Of a DNA stretch of 64,000 bases, positions 15,380 to 28,900 are shown piece after piece. The notes beneath the pieces are model-generated. The model saw nothing but the letters and a program-made list of their open reading frames with translations. It was not told where the DNA came from and did no database searches. Each line of letters starts with the position of its first letter. Position 1 is the stretch's first letter. This DNA comes from Octopus vulgaris (Eukaryota), in the NCBI GenBank assembly GCA_951406725.2, contig OX597839.1, positions 16,120,001-16,184,000 on the forward strand, read 5' to 3'. Position numbers and translations under genes: made by a program.

Positions 15380-16873
15380 ACATCAACATCAATGGAAATT
15401 GCAGCTGTGATACCAGTGCCGGTGGCACGTAAGAGAACCATCCGAACGTGGCCGTTGCCAGCGCTGCCCCGACTGGCCTCCGTGCCCGTGGCACGTAAAA
15501 AGCACCATCCGATCGTGGCTGTCTGCCAGCCTCGTCTGGCACCTGTGTCGGTGGCAGGTAAAAAGCACCCACTACACTCACGGAGTGGTTGGCGTTAGGA
15601 AGGGCATCCAGCTGTAGAAACACTGCCAGATCAGACTGGGCCTGGTACAGCCTTCTGGCTTCCCAGACCCCAGTTGAACTGTCCAACCCATGCTAGCATG
15701 GAAAGCGGACGTTAAACGATGATGATGATATTCTTTTAGTCTTACTTGTTTCAGTCATTTGACTGCGGCCATGCTGGAGCACCGCCTTTAATCGAGCAAC
15801 TTGACCACGGGACTTATTCTTTTGTAAGCCCAGTACTTATTCTATCGGTCTATTTTGCCGAACCGCTAAGTAACGGGCACATAAACACACCAGCATCGGT
15901 TGTCAAGCAATGCTAGGGGGACAAACACAGACACACAAATTTATATATATATACATATATACGACGGGCTTCTTTTCAGTTTCCGTCTACCAAATCCACT
16001 CACAAGGCTTTGGTTGGCCCGAGGCTATAGTAGAAGATACTTGCCCAAGGTGCCACGCAGTGGGACTGAACCCGGAACCATGTGGTTGGTAAACAAGCTA
16101 CTTACCACACAGCTACTCCTGTATGCACATACATACAAACCCACACATAGACTTAAACCAAGATCAATACCACCTACATGGTCACACATAAACCCAAGTG
16201 GAAATACACACACACACGAAGGGCATCTGAGATGAATTATGTAGAAAAAGACCAGATGGTCACAACTTGAATGCCTTTGATAGGTCTACTCAACCAGGGT
16301 GGCCCTGGGATGAAACAACAATAGCACAACTAGCATCCAACTTTCTCAGCTGTCTCAGAAAGTCACAGACACACACAGAGAAAACAAAAAAAAAGGCATT
16401 TTCTTTAACCCTTTCATTACTGTATTTATTTTGAGATGCTCTGTGTTTCTTTCAATTATTTTAAATATAACAAAGAATTTAATAAAATAACTTACATACA
16501 AATCATTGATTGGGCTGGAGCTTAAGTGGAAGACACTTGCTCAAGGTGCTGCACAGTGGGACCAAAACCCTAGACTATGTGGTTACAAACTTAACTTAAC
16601 CACACAGCCATGACAGCACCACAGCAGACAATACACAGTAAAAGTGTGGTTAACATGAATGGGATACCTTACCTTGAGAATAGTGAAGAATTGGTCCTTG
16701 GTTTTTTTCAAAGAAGCTTCCAAATTCTCTGAACTCAGCACATTTACAATAATCTCTTTGATAACACAAAGAATACAGTTTCTCATTATGCTAGACTAGA
16801 AATGACAACAAAAACAAAAAATAAATAAAGAATCATTCAATAATAATTACTTCTTACAAAACCACAAATTTAC

Positions 16874-16909
<36 letters not shown>

Positions 16910-19900
16910 GTGATTATAATCAAAATAAGCAACAAGAATAACTTCAGTAATTTGGTACAATCGTTTCGCGCTACATCATTTTATTAAATGTTGTAAGTAT
17001 TACAACAGTTTTAAAATGTTGAGCAATCATCAATGGCTGATGATTGTTCAACATTTTAAAACTGTTATAATACAACATTTAATAAAATGATGTAGCGTGA
17101 AACATCATCATCATCGTTTAATGTCCGTTCTCCATGCTAGCATGGGTTGGATGGTTCGACCGGGGATCTGGGAAACCAGAAGGCTGCACCAGGCTCCAGT
17201 CTTATCTGGCAATGTTTCTACAGCTGGATGCCCTTCCTAACGCCAACCACTCCGTGAGTGTAGTGGGTGCTTTTTACGTGCCACCCGCACAGGTGCCAGG
17301 CGAGGCTGGCAACGACCACGGTCGGATTGGTGCATTTTACGTGCCACCGGCACGGAAGCCAGTCGAGGCGGCACTGCCTTCGGATGGTGCTTTTTACGTG
17401 CCACCGGCACGGAAGCCAGTCAAGACGGCGCTGGCATCGGCCACGATTCAGATAGTGCTTTTTACGTACCACCAGTCTAGGGGTCCTGGCATCTGCCGGG
17501 TGCCAGTCATAAGATTGGTTCAATTTCGATTCCGATTTCACTTGCCCCAACAGGTCTTCGCAAGCAAAGGGGGTTGGCATGGGTGCCTGTCATCGGATGA
17601 GGTTCGATATCGACTTCGCTTGCCTCAACAGGTCTTTGTGTGTCCAAAGGAGGAAAGGCATGCATAAGTGGGCTGGGCTCATTTGTCCTGCCTGGTCTTC
17701 TCACGTACAGCATATTTCCAAAGGTCTCGGTCGCTGGTCATTTCCTCAGTGAGGCCTAAAGTTCGAAGGTCGTGCTTTAACCACCTCGTCCCAGGTCGTG
17801 CTTCACCACCTCGTCCCAGGTTTTCCTGGGTCTACCTCTTCCATGGGTTCCCTCAACTGCTAGGGATTGGCACTTTTTCACACACCTATCTTCATCCATT
17901 CTCACCACATGACCATACCAGCGCAATCGTCTTTCTTGCACACCACAACTGATGCTTCTTAGGTACAACATTTCTCTCAAGGTACTATGCTCTGTCGAAA
18001 TTACTGAAGTTATTCTTGTTGCTTATTTTGATATACACACACACACACACAATTGCAGTGTGGAAGGTATTTACAAGCCACTTAAAAACACATAAAAAAA
18101 TGTTAGATTCACTTCAACACTTATATTTAATTTGTCAAAGATGCATCGCAGAATTTTGTCAGTGAACAGGTTGCAGTTTCGAAGCAACGAAAATATTTTG
18201 ACAAATTAAATTTAGATGTTGAAGTGAATCTAACAGTTTTTGTGTGTTTTTAAATGGCTTATAAACACCTTCCATGCTGCACACGATCTCAGATCAAGTC
18301 ACTTGCTATGCAAGTATATCTCTGTAATATATAATATTACAAATTAATATAATAAATATATTATTAATAAATAAATAAATCATTATTAAATAAATATATT
18401 ATTAATGTATCAAGAAGACTATTGGATGTTGTTATACCGGCACTCTATTGGTTACGAAGACAAATGTTCAGTTGATCTAATCAACAGAACAGCTTGGTCA
18501 TGAAATTGAAGTATAAGTGGTTGAGCATCCCACAAACACACACATCCTTAGCATAGTTCTCAGGGGGATTCAGTGTAACACAGAATGAGATAAGGCTGGC
18601 CCTTACATGACAGTGTACCACTGGGAATCAAACTTATAGCCTTATAATCATAAGCTGAATACTCTAACCACTAAGCCAGGTGCCTTCACATGTTATACAC
18701 CACTGGTCACAATGTGCTTCCTTGCATTGTTGTAGCTTTCAAATGATGCAAAACTGCTGTCTGGACAAGCAGGCCAATATTATCCCAGAATGGAATGCCA
18801 GTCTGTCGTAGTGTTACACATTTACAGCTGAGTGGAGTGGATTAGAACTGAGCAACATGAAATGAAGTGTCTGTGAATTGAAATCACAATCTTGTGTGAC
18901 TGTGAGTGCAACACCTTAACCACTGTACCAAGCCCCCTCCTGTTTTCTCCTCATAATTGTCATCATCATCAGGTTGAGTAAAAAGCAACGTTTTGAACCA
19001 TGAATTTCTATTGGATTTTTGCAGTGTTTTGAACTATTTTGCACATTTTTGTGCAATTATCTGATAATACAGAAATAGAGTTGTTCAAATGCATCAATAA
19101 ATTCACATTGATATTTTTTTTCACCATTGTTACAATCATCTGAAACGGAATTGTGAAAATGCGATATTCGAGCAATTTTGTTTTTCAACTTCAAATATGT
19201 TGATTGTAATGGTATTTACTTTGATGACTAAAATTTCCACATCGTTGAAATATATTGTGATGAATAGCATCCATTTTCCATACTAGCATGGAGAAAATGG
19301 CTTGATTGGAGCTGGCATGCCAGAGAGCTGCACCAGGCTCCAGTCTGTTTTATCTTGGTTTCTATGGCTGGATGCCCTTCCTAATGTCAACCACTTCACA
19401 GAGTGTACTGGGTGTCATTTACTTGTCACTGGTTCTGGCCAGGACTATGATTTCACTTAGCTTGACATATCTTCTCAAGCACAGCAAATGGCCAAAGGTC
19501 TTGGTCCTTGTCATCACCTCCGTGAGACTCAGCAACCAAAAATCATACTTCACCATGTGTGTCCCACATCTTCCTGGGTCTACCATGCATGCATGTATGA
19601 GTCAGTAGAGTAGCAACCATGACTCTTTTACAAAGCTTCTGAGACTGGTGGAAGTACAGAGATAAAGTTATCTTCAGACTACACTAAAAGACAGAGTGCC
19701 TATCTTAAGACTAAACACCAAGACTAAGTTATCAGAATATCAGAAGCTGGACCTAATAATAACCACATTACCAAATACAATAATATTCAGAGAACAAACC
19801 TCTGGATTTTGAAATATTTCAGGGAAAAATTAAGGCAAGTGGTAATAAAAGACATTTATTTACAGTAAGCAGGCATTTGCTTAACTCTTTAGCATTCAGA

Positions 19901-22900
19901 TTTGTCAAATGTAATGCTTTTTCATTTATTCACATGCATCATTTTGCAACTCTGAGATATTGATGATGTAACTTCAGAATGACATTGTAGGGTTGGTGTG
20001 AGAGGCTAGATCTAGCCAGTTTAAATATTAATGGATTAAGACATATTGCCAATAAAAGACATCTATTTATGTATAATACTGTATATGTAATGTCACTTAA
20101 AAAAACTTCTCAGAGATGAGTTGTGGGTTATTGAGTTAAACAATACAGAACTTGTTCATACTTACGTCCATCTCCAAACAGGGCATCAATACGCTAATAT
20201 TTTGGAAGACCGCTTGTGGTATCTTGGCAGAAAGATCAACTAGAAAAGTAGCGTATGCTTTCGTACCGGACGAATTATTGCTGATCTCCTTAGAATCCAA
20301 ACGACCAATCTCTCTAAGTACGTAAAAAGAATGTTTACATTATTTTAGAAGTTGAAATCAGTATCAAAAATCAATAACACACACACAGAAAACTCTCCAG
20401 TCATTAACCCTTTGCATGTATCATGTATCACATGTATTACATGGGATATATTTCCAGGGGGCCATGCATCACATGACATACATTCTCAATTTCTTTCAAC
20501 CTCGGTAACTTGTTTCATACATTCTGAATAACATAAAGCTTGCATTTCATAGAAACCAGTAAAATATAAATCACCATCATCATCATCGTTTAACGTCTGC
20601 TTTCCATGCTAACATGGGTTGGACGATTTGACTGAGGGCTGGCGAACCAGATGGCTGCACCAGGCTCCAATCTTGATCTGGCGAAGTTTCTACAGTTGGA
20701 TGCCCTTCCTAACGCCAACCATTCCAAGAGTGTAGTGGGTGCTTTTACGTGCCACCGGCACAGGGGCCAGTCAGGCAGTGCTAGCAACGACCTCGCTCGA
20801 ATCTTTTTACACATGTCACCAGCACAGGTGCCAGTAGTGCGGTGCCTTTTACGTGCCACCGGCACGGAAGCCAGTTAGCCGCTCTGGCAACGATAACGCT
20901 CGGATGGTGGTAAAATATAAATCACTACCCCAACAGCAGCTTCTTTTAATGAGGTTTTCCTCCTGTTTTCATATTTTACTCTATTTTCTGGCGTGGAAAT
21001 CAAATTTTTCAGACCAAAATTAACAGCCCCAAAAAGTTAGGCCAACTTATACACCAAGATAACTTTAGCAGGCCAAAAATTCCATGTGAAATGCAAGATT
21101 TGGAAAGATTGTGACAATGTTTGAATGTTTGAAATACATGATTACAATATACACTACATTGACTTGTATGCTGGAAATTACAAACCCCAGGAATTAATTT
21201 TTTTCTTCAAAGGTTGAATCAGCTGTCAGGTCAAACTCCAAGCCCGAGTTGACATGACCTTTACAATAAATCTGATCTTATTCTCAATACTGAGTTCTCT
21301 CATCATTACTGTGTTTGATAGCATAAGATGCACAATCACATTAGATGCACCCAGTTTCAGCAGTACATATTCAGGATGAAGTGAGCATCAGGGACAAAAT
21401 CAGCTCAGGAGAAGCCTGACTCTGTATACAGGAGCTGGGCTGACTTTTGGGGATTTATTGTTTGGAAATAAGCACATTTTATATGCCATCAAATACAGTT
21501 CCATATTGAAGAGATGAGGGATTATGTACATTATTTACATTCAACAAATATTTGTCCTTATTTTGTTTGTTGCTAACACAATGTTTCGGCTGATATACCC
21601 TCCAGCCTTCTTCAGGTGTCTTGGGGAAATTTCAAACCTGGGTTCTCATTCCTAAGTTATTTTTCAATGTTGTTATTATTATTATTATTGTTCAGGTCAC
21701 TGCTTGGAATCGAACGTGGAATCTTGGGGTTAGTAGCCAACGCTCTTAACCACTACGCCATATGCTGGTGGGTATATGGCGTAGTGGTTAAGATCGCGGG
21801 CTACTAACCCCAAGATTCCACGTTCGATTCCAAGCAGTGACCTGAACAATAATAATAATAATAACAACATTGAAAAATAACTTAGGAATGAGAACCCAGG
21901 TTTGAAATTTCCCCAAGACACCTGAAGAAGGCTGGAGGGTATATCAGACCGAAACATTGTGTTAGCAACAAACAAGATGAGGACAAATATCCGTCAAATG
22001 TAAATAATGTAAATACAGTAAATGTTCCATTGTTATTCTTAGACTTGCTTTAATCTTTTAGCATTGAAATTATTCTGTCAAATGTAATTATTTATTCACA
22101 TTGCTTTGGAATAATCATCTATTATCTCATAGATTTGAGATTTCAATTATGTGATTGTTTATCTTTAGAATGACATTGTAGGGTAAGTGTGAGTGGCCAG
22201 ATCTGGTTGGTTTGAACATAAAACCAGGAGAACATTTGGGATGGATAGGGCTGGTTCAAATAATAACATTTGGGATGGATGGGGCTGGTTCAAACAATAA
22301 GTTCAATTTAACTTTTTCACATATTTTGATATTTGATGTAATAAGATGAAAAATCATTAAAAAGCCTCAAACAAGCTACAAATATTAACAATAAGTGTTC
22401 TTGCAATAAAAAAACAAAACAAAACAGAATGAAAAGCAATAACCTTGAGCCTACCAACCTCATTATCTCAAACACTATGTTGGTTGCACCGTACTTAGTA
22501 ACAATGATCTCGGTTATCTGTACAAGTGAGCTGATGGTATGTTCATGACGTTGTAGGAGTTGTAAAATCCTCAAACTGTTACCTGGAAGACAAACAGACA
22601 GAATATAATAAAAACATTTCCACTATTATCAGAACACCATGGCAGCAAGCTGGCAGAATCATTAACACACTGGACGAAATGCATAATGGTATTTCACCCG
22701 TCGCTACGTTCTGAGCTCAAATACCTATTTCTTTACTACCCACAAGGGGCTAGTGTCTTCTAGTAGCCCTGGTTTGATCAAAGTCTTGTAAGTGGATTTG
22801 GTAGACAGAACCCTTAGAGAAGACTGTCGTGTATATGTATGTATGTGTTTCTTTATTACCCACAAGGGGCTAAACACAGAGGGGACAAACAAGGACAGAC

Positions 22901-25900
22901 AAAGGGATAAGTCGATTACATCGACCCCAGTGCGTAGCTGGTACTTAATTTATCGACCCCGAAAGGATGAAAGGCAAAGTCGACCTCGGAATTTGAACTC
23001 GTAACGTAACGGCAGACGAAACACCGCTAAGCATTTTGCCCGGCATGCTAACGTTTCAGCCAGCTCACCACCTGAGTTCAAATACCGCTGAGGCTGACTT
23101 TGCCTTTCGTCCTTGATAAAGTACCAGTTGGGCACTGGGGTCTATGTGATTGACTTGATCCATGCTCCGAAATTGCTGGCCTTGTACCAAAATGTGAAAT
23201 CATTATTATCAGAACACCAACATCAACAAAAACTACAGATAAGTGAATCTTTTCCACACTTACTTATTTCGGTCATTGGCCTGAGACCATGCCGGGGCAT
23301 CACCTTGAAGGGTTTACTTGAACAAATCGACCCAGGTACTTTTTTTTTGTATATGCCTGAAACTTATTATATGGGACCCTTTTGCCGAACATAAACCAAG
23401 GGAAGGAGCCTCAGCTGTTTAATTCACCTGCTAAAGCCAGCAGTCAAATTTCCCCTTAAATCATGTCCATCTTAAAAAACACACAAGATAATGTAGCCTT
23501 AAACACACTGTTTATGAAAAAACATAGGAGGGCCCAGGCTGGAGTAACTTTGACCACAGGTCTACTTAATCAAGGTTGTCGTGGGCATGGACAATAATTG
23601 AATAGACACACAAAACTGGGCACATACATATCTGGTCTCCTTGCAAACACATTATATTACAGAAATGGGACGAGAGAGAGAGAGGGAGAGATAGGGAGAC
23701 AGGCAGACAGACACACACACACACACACACAGAATCTGTCCCATTCATTGCTGTCATTACAATCACTACAATACAAAGACAGAAAGAGATGAGGATTAAT
23801 TACATAATGCTCGGTTATGACGTTTCACCAGCACACCGAGTATGTTGCCAATAACCTCCTTTGTTTCCTTCTGCCGAGTTATACTGGGATTCTGCAGAAG
23901 ATTGTAGCAGCATGAGATAATCAAACTGCAAAAGAAAATAATAATAATAATTAGATGGCAAACAGTGCAACATTATAGATTTTACAATATTAGATGATAC
24001 CAAAGAAACTGGGTAAAAAAACAAAAGAAAACAAGAAATATCAGTAGCTAGCCCAGTGGCTTTCAACCAGGGTCTATTTAAGATTATATTGTTAAAATTT
24101 ATTGGTGCATCTTTTCGGTTTGAACGGCAGTTTTTTCTAGCGGTGTCATATGAAATTGTCACCCATAATTATGACCCTAGTATCGATCAATTGCATTTCA
24201 ATCTGTTTAAGGGTTAGGGTTAGGGGTGGGGGTAAGGGTATCTTTTTTTCTTCAGAAATGTAAATAAACCCAAAGTTTCTTAAACGAGGGACATATTCAT
24301 ATGACACAGAATGTGTTCACCTCAATAGACATCATTGATTGGTTGAAATTGCAGAAAAAAAAACCCAACAAATATCTTACAAACCATAGAATTTTCTCAA
24401 TAAAGCCAAGAGAAAAAGATGTTTTATAAACACATTCTACCAGTATACGAAGTTTAAAAGTTTTTAGTTATGTGGAAATTATTTTAAAAAACTGCCGTTC
24501 AAACCGAAAAGATCCTTTATTGGTAATAAATTGATTAAACTTCTACAATTCACAAAAGATTCTAACAAATTTTTTATACAATTCCTAATATTTAATTATA
24601 AAAATACAAATTTTTTTAACCCTTTAGCGATCAGATTATAATGCTTATTTATTCACATTGATTTGAATTAATCATGGCATTATCTCATTGCTTTGAGATT
24701 TTGATGATATACTTGGTATATTTTTAGAATATTTTTAGACCTTACAATTTTGAGCTGAATACTCTAATCCAGTGTTTCTCAACCTTTTTACCCTTGTGCA
24801 ACCCTTAAAATAAATTACATGTCTCAAGGAACCCCTGCACAAAATAAGTTATACACCATAACTATCCCATATTTTTCATCATAGTTCACGTGGTAAATAT
24901 CATATCATACGTGTGTGCGTGTGTATGTGGTTGTTATATCATTTTGATAACAAACAGGTTAGACAGGATATCTATTTTACAATAACCAATCATCATCATC
25001 ATCATTTAGCGTCCGCTTTCCATGCTAGCATGGGTTGGACGGTTCAACTGGGGTCTGGGAAGCCAGAAGGCTGCATCAGGCCCAGTCTGATCTGGCAGTG
25101 TTTCTACGGCTGGATGCCCTTCCTAACGCCAACCACTCCGTGAGTGTAGTGGGTGCTTTTTACGTGCCACCCGCAGCTGGCAAACGGCCACAGACGGATC
25201 GTACTTTTTACGTGCCACCGGCACGGGGGCCAGGCGAGGCAGTAATATTATGAACATGAAATTAGCATATCTCACTCTTTCTTGCAAAACTCCTAGGAAC
25301 CTTTTGCAAAACTCTAGGGTTCCGGGGAACCCCAGTTGAGAAACGCTGCTCTAACCACTAATCCACGCGTCATCACTGAAAATCAAGTAAGGGTCATCAC
25401 CAAGAAGGCTATATGGTCAGAGTATATTACCTCAACAAGCCTCATCCAAGCCCAACCAGCACAGAAAAACCTAACATAAAAACAATGTAGAATTTATATA
25501 CACATGAACACATGGACTGAAAGTATTTGTATAAGCTCACTTGATAAAGTTTTCTTCAGCGATAGGTGGATCCCACAACTTATCAAGGTCCAACACAACC
25601 AAGTCCAAAAGAACTTTCAGAAATGCTTCCTTTTCATAGAGCCAATCAATAGTCTGGAAGGCATCTGCTGATTTCTTTTTACGACCCTAGAAAAATAAAA
25701 ATATAAATATATCCTGTATATGATGGCATAGAAAGTGCACCCCCACCCAGGGAAAAAGAAAAACGTTAAACAATGATGATGATTATGATAAAGACCCACA
25801 GCAAAAAATAGAAGGCAACATTGTCTTTCACTGGTTTTAGTCAATTTGACTATGGCCATGCTGGGGCACCACCTTGAAAGGTTTTAGTCAAACAAATCAA

Positions 25901-28900
25901 CTCAACTGCTGCTAAAAATGATGTAAATTAGAAATAAACCTCAGTTGTTGGATGTTTGTGGTTCAGAGAAAAAGATTACAATAGCAACAAATTGATATAA
26001 AGCAACAGAGAAGCAGTGCATCTTTGAAGATAATTCTCTCTCGCATCTTTCTGGGTTCAAATTGCACCAGAGGAATTATTTTGTTTAACATCTGTTTTCC
26101 ATGCTGACATTGGTTAGACTGCTTGACCAGAGTTGGAGAGCTGCACCAAGTTCCAGTCTGATTAGGCTTAGTTTTTAATGGCTGGATGCCCTTCCTACCA
26201 CTTTTTACCTTAAAGTGTGCTGGCTTCATTAATTACATGGCACCAGCATGGATACTTTTTACGTGGACTGGCACAAAAAGATTTTCATGTGGACTGGCAC
26301 GAAAGCTTTTCATGCGAACTGGCACGAAAGCTTTTCATGGGGACTGGCACGAAAGCTTTTCATGTGGACTGGCACGAAAGCTTTTCATGTGGACTGGCAC
26401 GAAAGCTTTTCATGTGGACTGGCACGAAAGCTTTTCATGTGGACTGGCACGAAAGCTTTTCATGGGGACTGGCACGAAAGCTTTTCATGGGGACTGGCAC
26501 GAAAGCTTTTCATGTGGACTGGCACGAAAGCTTTTCATGTGGACTGGCACGAAAGCTTTTCATGTGGACTGGCACGAAAGCTTTTCATGAGAACTGGCAC
26601 GAAAGCTTTTCATGGGGACTGGCACGAAAGCTTTTCATGGGGACTGGCACGAAAGCTTTTCATGGGGACTGGCACGAAAGCTTTTCATGGGGACTGGCAC
26701 GAAAGCTTTTCATGGGGACTGGCACGAAAGCTTTTCATGTGGGACTGGCACGAAAGCTTTTCATGGGGACTGGCACGAAAGCTTTTCATGTGGACTGGCA
26801 CGAAAGCTTTTCATGTGGACTGGCACGAAATCTTTTCATGTGGACTGGCACGAAAGCTTTTCATGTGGACTGGCAGGTAAGCTTTTCATGTGGACTGGCA
26901 GGTAAGCTTTTCATGAGAACTGGCACGAAAGCTTTTCATGGGGACTGGCACGAAAGCTTTTCATGGGGACTGGCACGAAAGCTTTTCATGTGGACTGGCA
27001 CGAAAGCTTTTCATGGGGACTGGCACGAAATCTTTTCATGTGGACTGGCACGAAAGCTTTTCATGTGGACTGGCAGGTAAGCTTTTCATGTGGACTGGCA
27101 CGAAAGCTTTTCATGGGGACTGGCACGAAAGCTTTTCATGGGGACTGGCACGAAAGCTTTTCATGGGGACTGGCACGAAAGCTTTTCATGGGGACTGGCA
27201 CGAAAGCTTTTCATGGGGACTGGCACGAAAGCTTTTCATGGGGACTGGCACGAAAGCTTTTCATGTGGACTGGCACGAAAGCTTTTCATGGGGACTGGCA
27301 CGAAAGCTTTTCATGGGGACTGGCACGAAAGCTTTTCATGGGGACTGGCACGAAAGCTTTTCATGTGGACTGGCACGAAAGCTTTTCATGTGGACTGGCA
27401 CGAAAGCTTTTCATGTGGACTGGCACGAAAGCTTTTCATGTGGACTGGCACGAAAGCTTTTCATGTGGACTGGCACGAAAGCTTTTCATGTGGACTGGCA
27501 CGAAAGCTTTTCATGGGGACTGGCACGAAAGCTTTTCATGGGGACTGGCACGAAAGCTTTTCATGTGGACTGGCACGAAAGCTTTTCATGTGGACTGGCA
27601 CGAAAGCTTTTCATGTGGACTGGCACGAAAGCTTTTCATGAGAACTGGCACGAAAGCTTTCATGGGGACTGGCACGAAAGCTTTCATGGGGACTGGCACG
27701 AAAGCTTTCATGGGGACTGGCACGAAAGCTTTTCATGGGGACTGGCACGAAAGCTTTTCATGGGGACTGGCACGAAAGCTTTTCATGGGGACTGGCACGA
27801 AAGCTTTTCATGGGGACTGGCACGAAAGCTTTTCATGTGGACTGGCACGAAAGCTTTTCATGTGGACTGGCACGAAAGCTTTTCATGTGGACTGGCACGA
27901 AAGCTTTTCATGTGGACTGGCACGAAAGCTTTTCATGAGAACTGGCACGAAAGCTTTTCATGAGAACTGGCACGTAAGCTTTTCATGAGAACTGGCACGA
28001 AAGCTTTTCATGTGGACTGGCACGAAAGCTTTTCATGGGGACTGGCACGAAAGCTTTCATGGGGACTGGCACGAAAGCTTTTCATGTGGACTGGCAGGTA
28101 AGCTTTTCATGGGGACTGGCACGAAAGCTTTTCATGGGGACTGGCACGAAAGCTTTTCATGGGGACTGGCACGAAAGCTTTTCATGTGGACTGGCACGAA
28201 AGCTTTTCATGGGGACTGGCACGAAATCTTTTCATGTGGACTGGCACGAAAGCTTTTCATGTGGACTGGCAGGTAAGCTTTTCATGTGGACTGGCAGGTA
28301 AGCTTTTCATGAGAACTGGCACGAAAGCTTTTCATGGGGACTGGCACGAAAGCTTTTCATGGGGACTGGCACGAAAGCTTTTCATGTGGACTGGCACGAA
28401 AGCTTTTCATGGGGACTGGCACGAAATCTTTTCATGTGGACTGGCACGAAAGCTTTTCATGTGGACTGGCAGGTAAGCTTTTCATGAGAACTGGCACGAA
28501 AGCTTTTCATGGGGACTGGCACGAAAGCTTTTCATGGGGACTGGCACGAAAGCTTTTCATGGGGACTGGCACGAAAGCTTTTCATGGGGACTGGCACGAA
28601 AGCTTTCATGGGGACTGGCACGAAAGCTTTTCATGGGGACTGGCACGAAAGCTTTTCATGGGGACTGGCACGAAAGCTTTTCATGGGGACTGGCACGAAA
28701 GCTTTTCATGGGGACTGGCACGAAAGCTTTTCATGTGGACTGGCACGAAAGCTTTTCATGTGGACTGGCACGAAAGCTTTTCATGTGGACTGGCACGAAA
28801 GCTTTTCATGTGGACTGGCACAAAAAGCTTTTCATGTGGACTGGCACGAAAGCTTTTCATGTGGACTGGCACCAAAGCTTTTCATGTGGACTGGCACGAA

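Noticed and set aside
21771-21840. tRNA-Ser(ACT)-like gene
   Set aside because: Acceptor stem does not pair and there is no terminator; it is the head of a palindromic repeat
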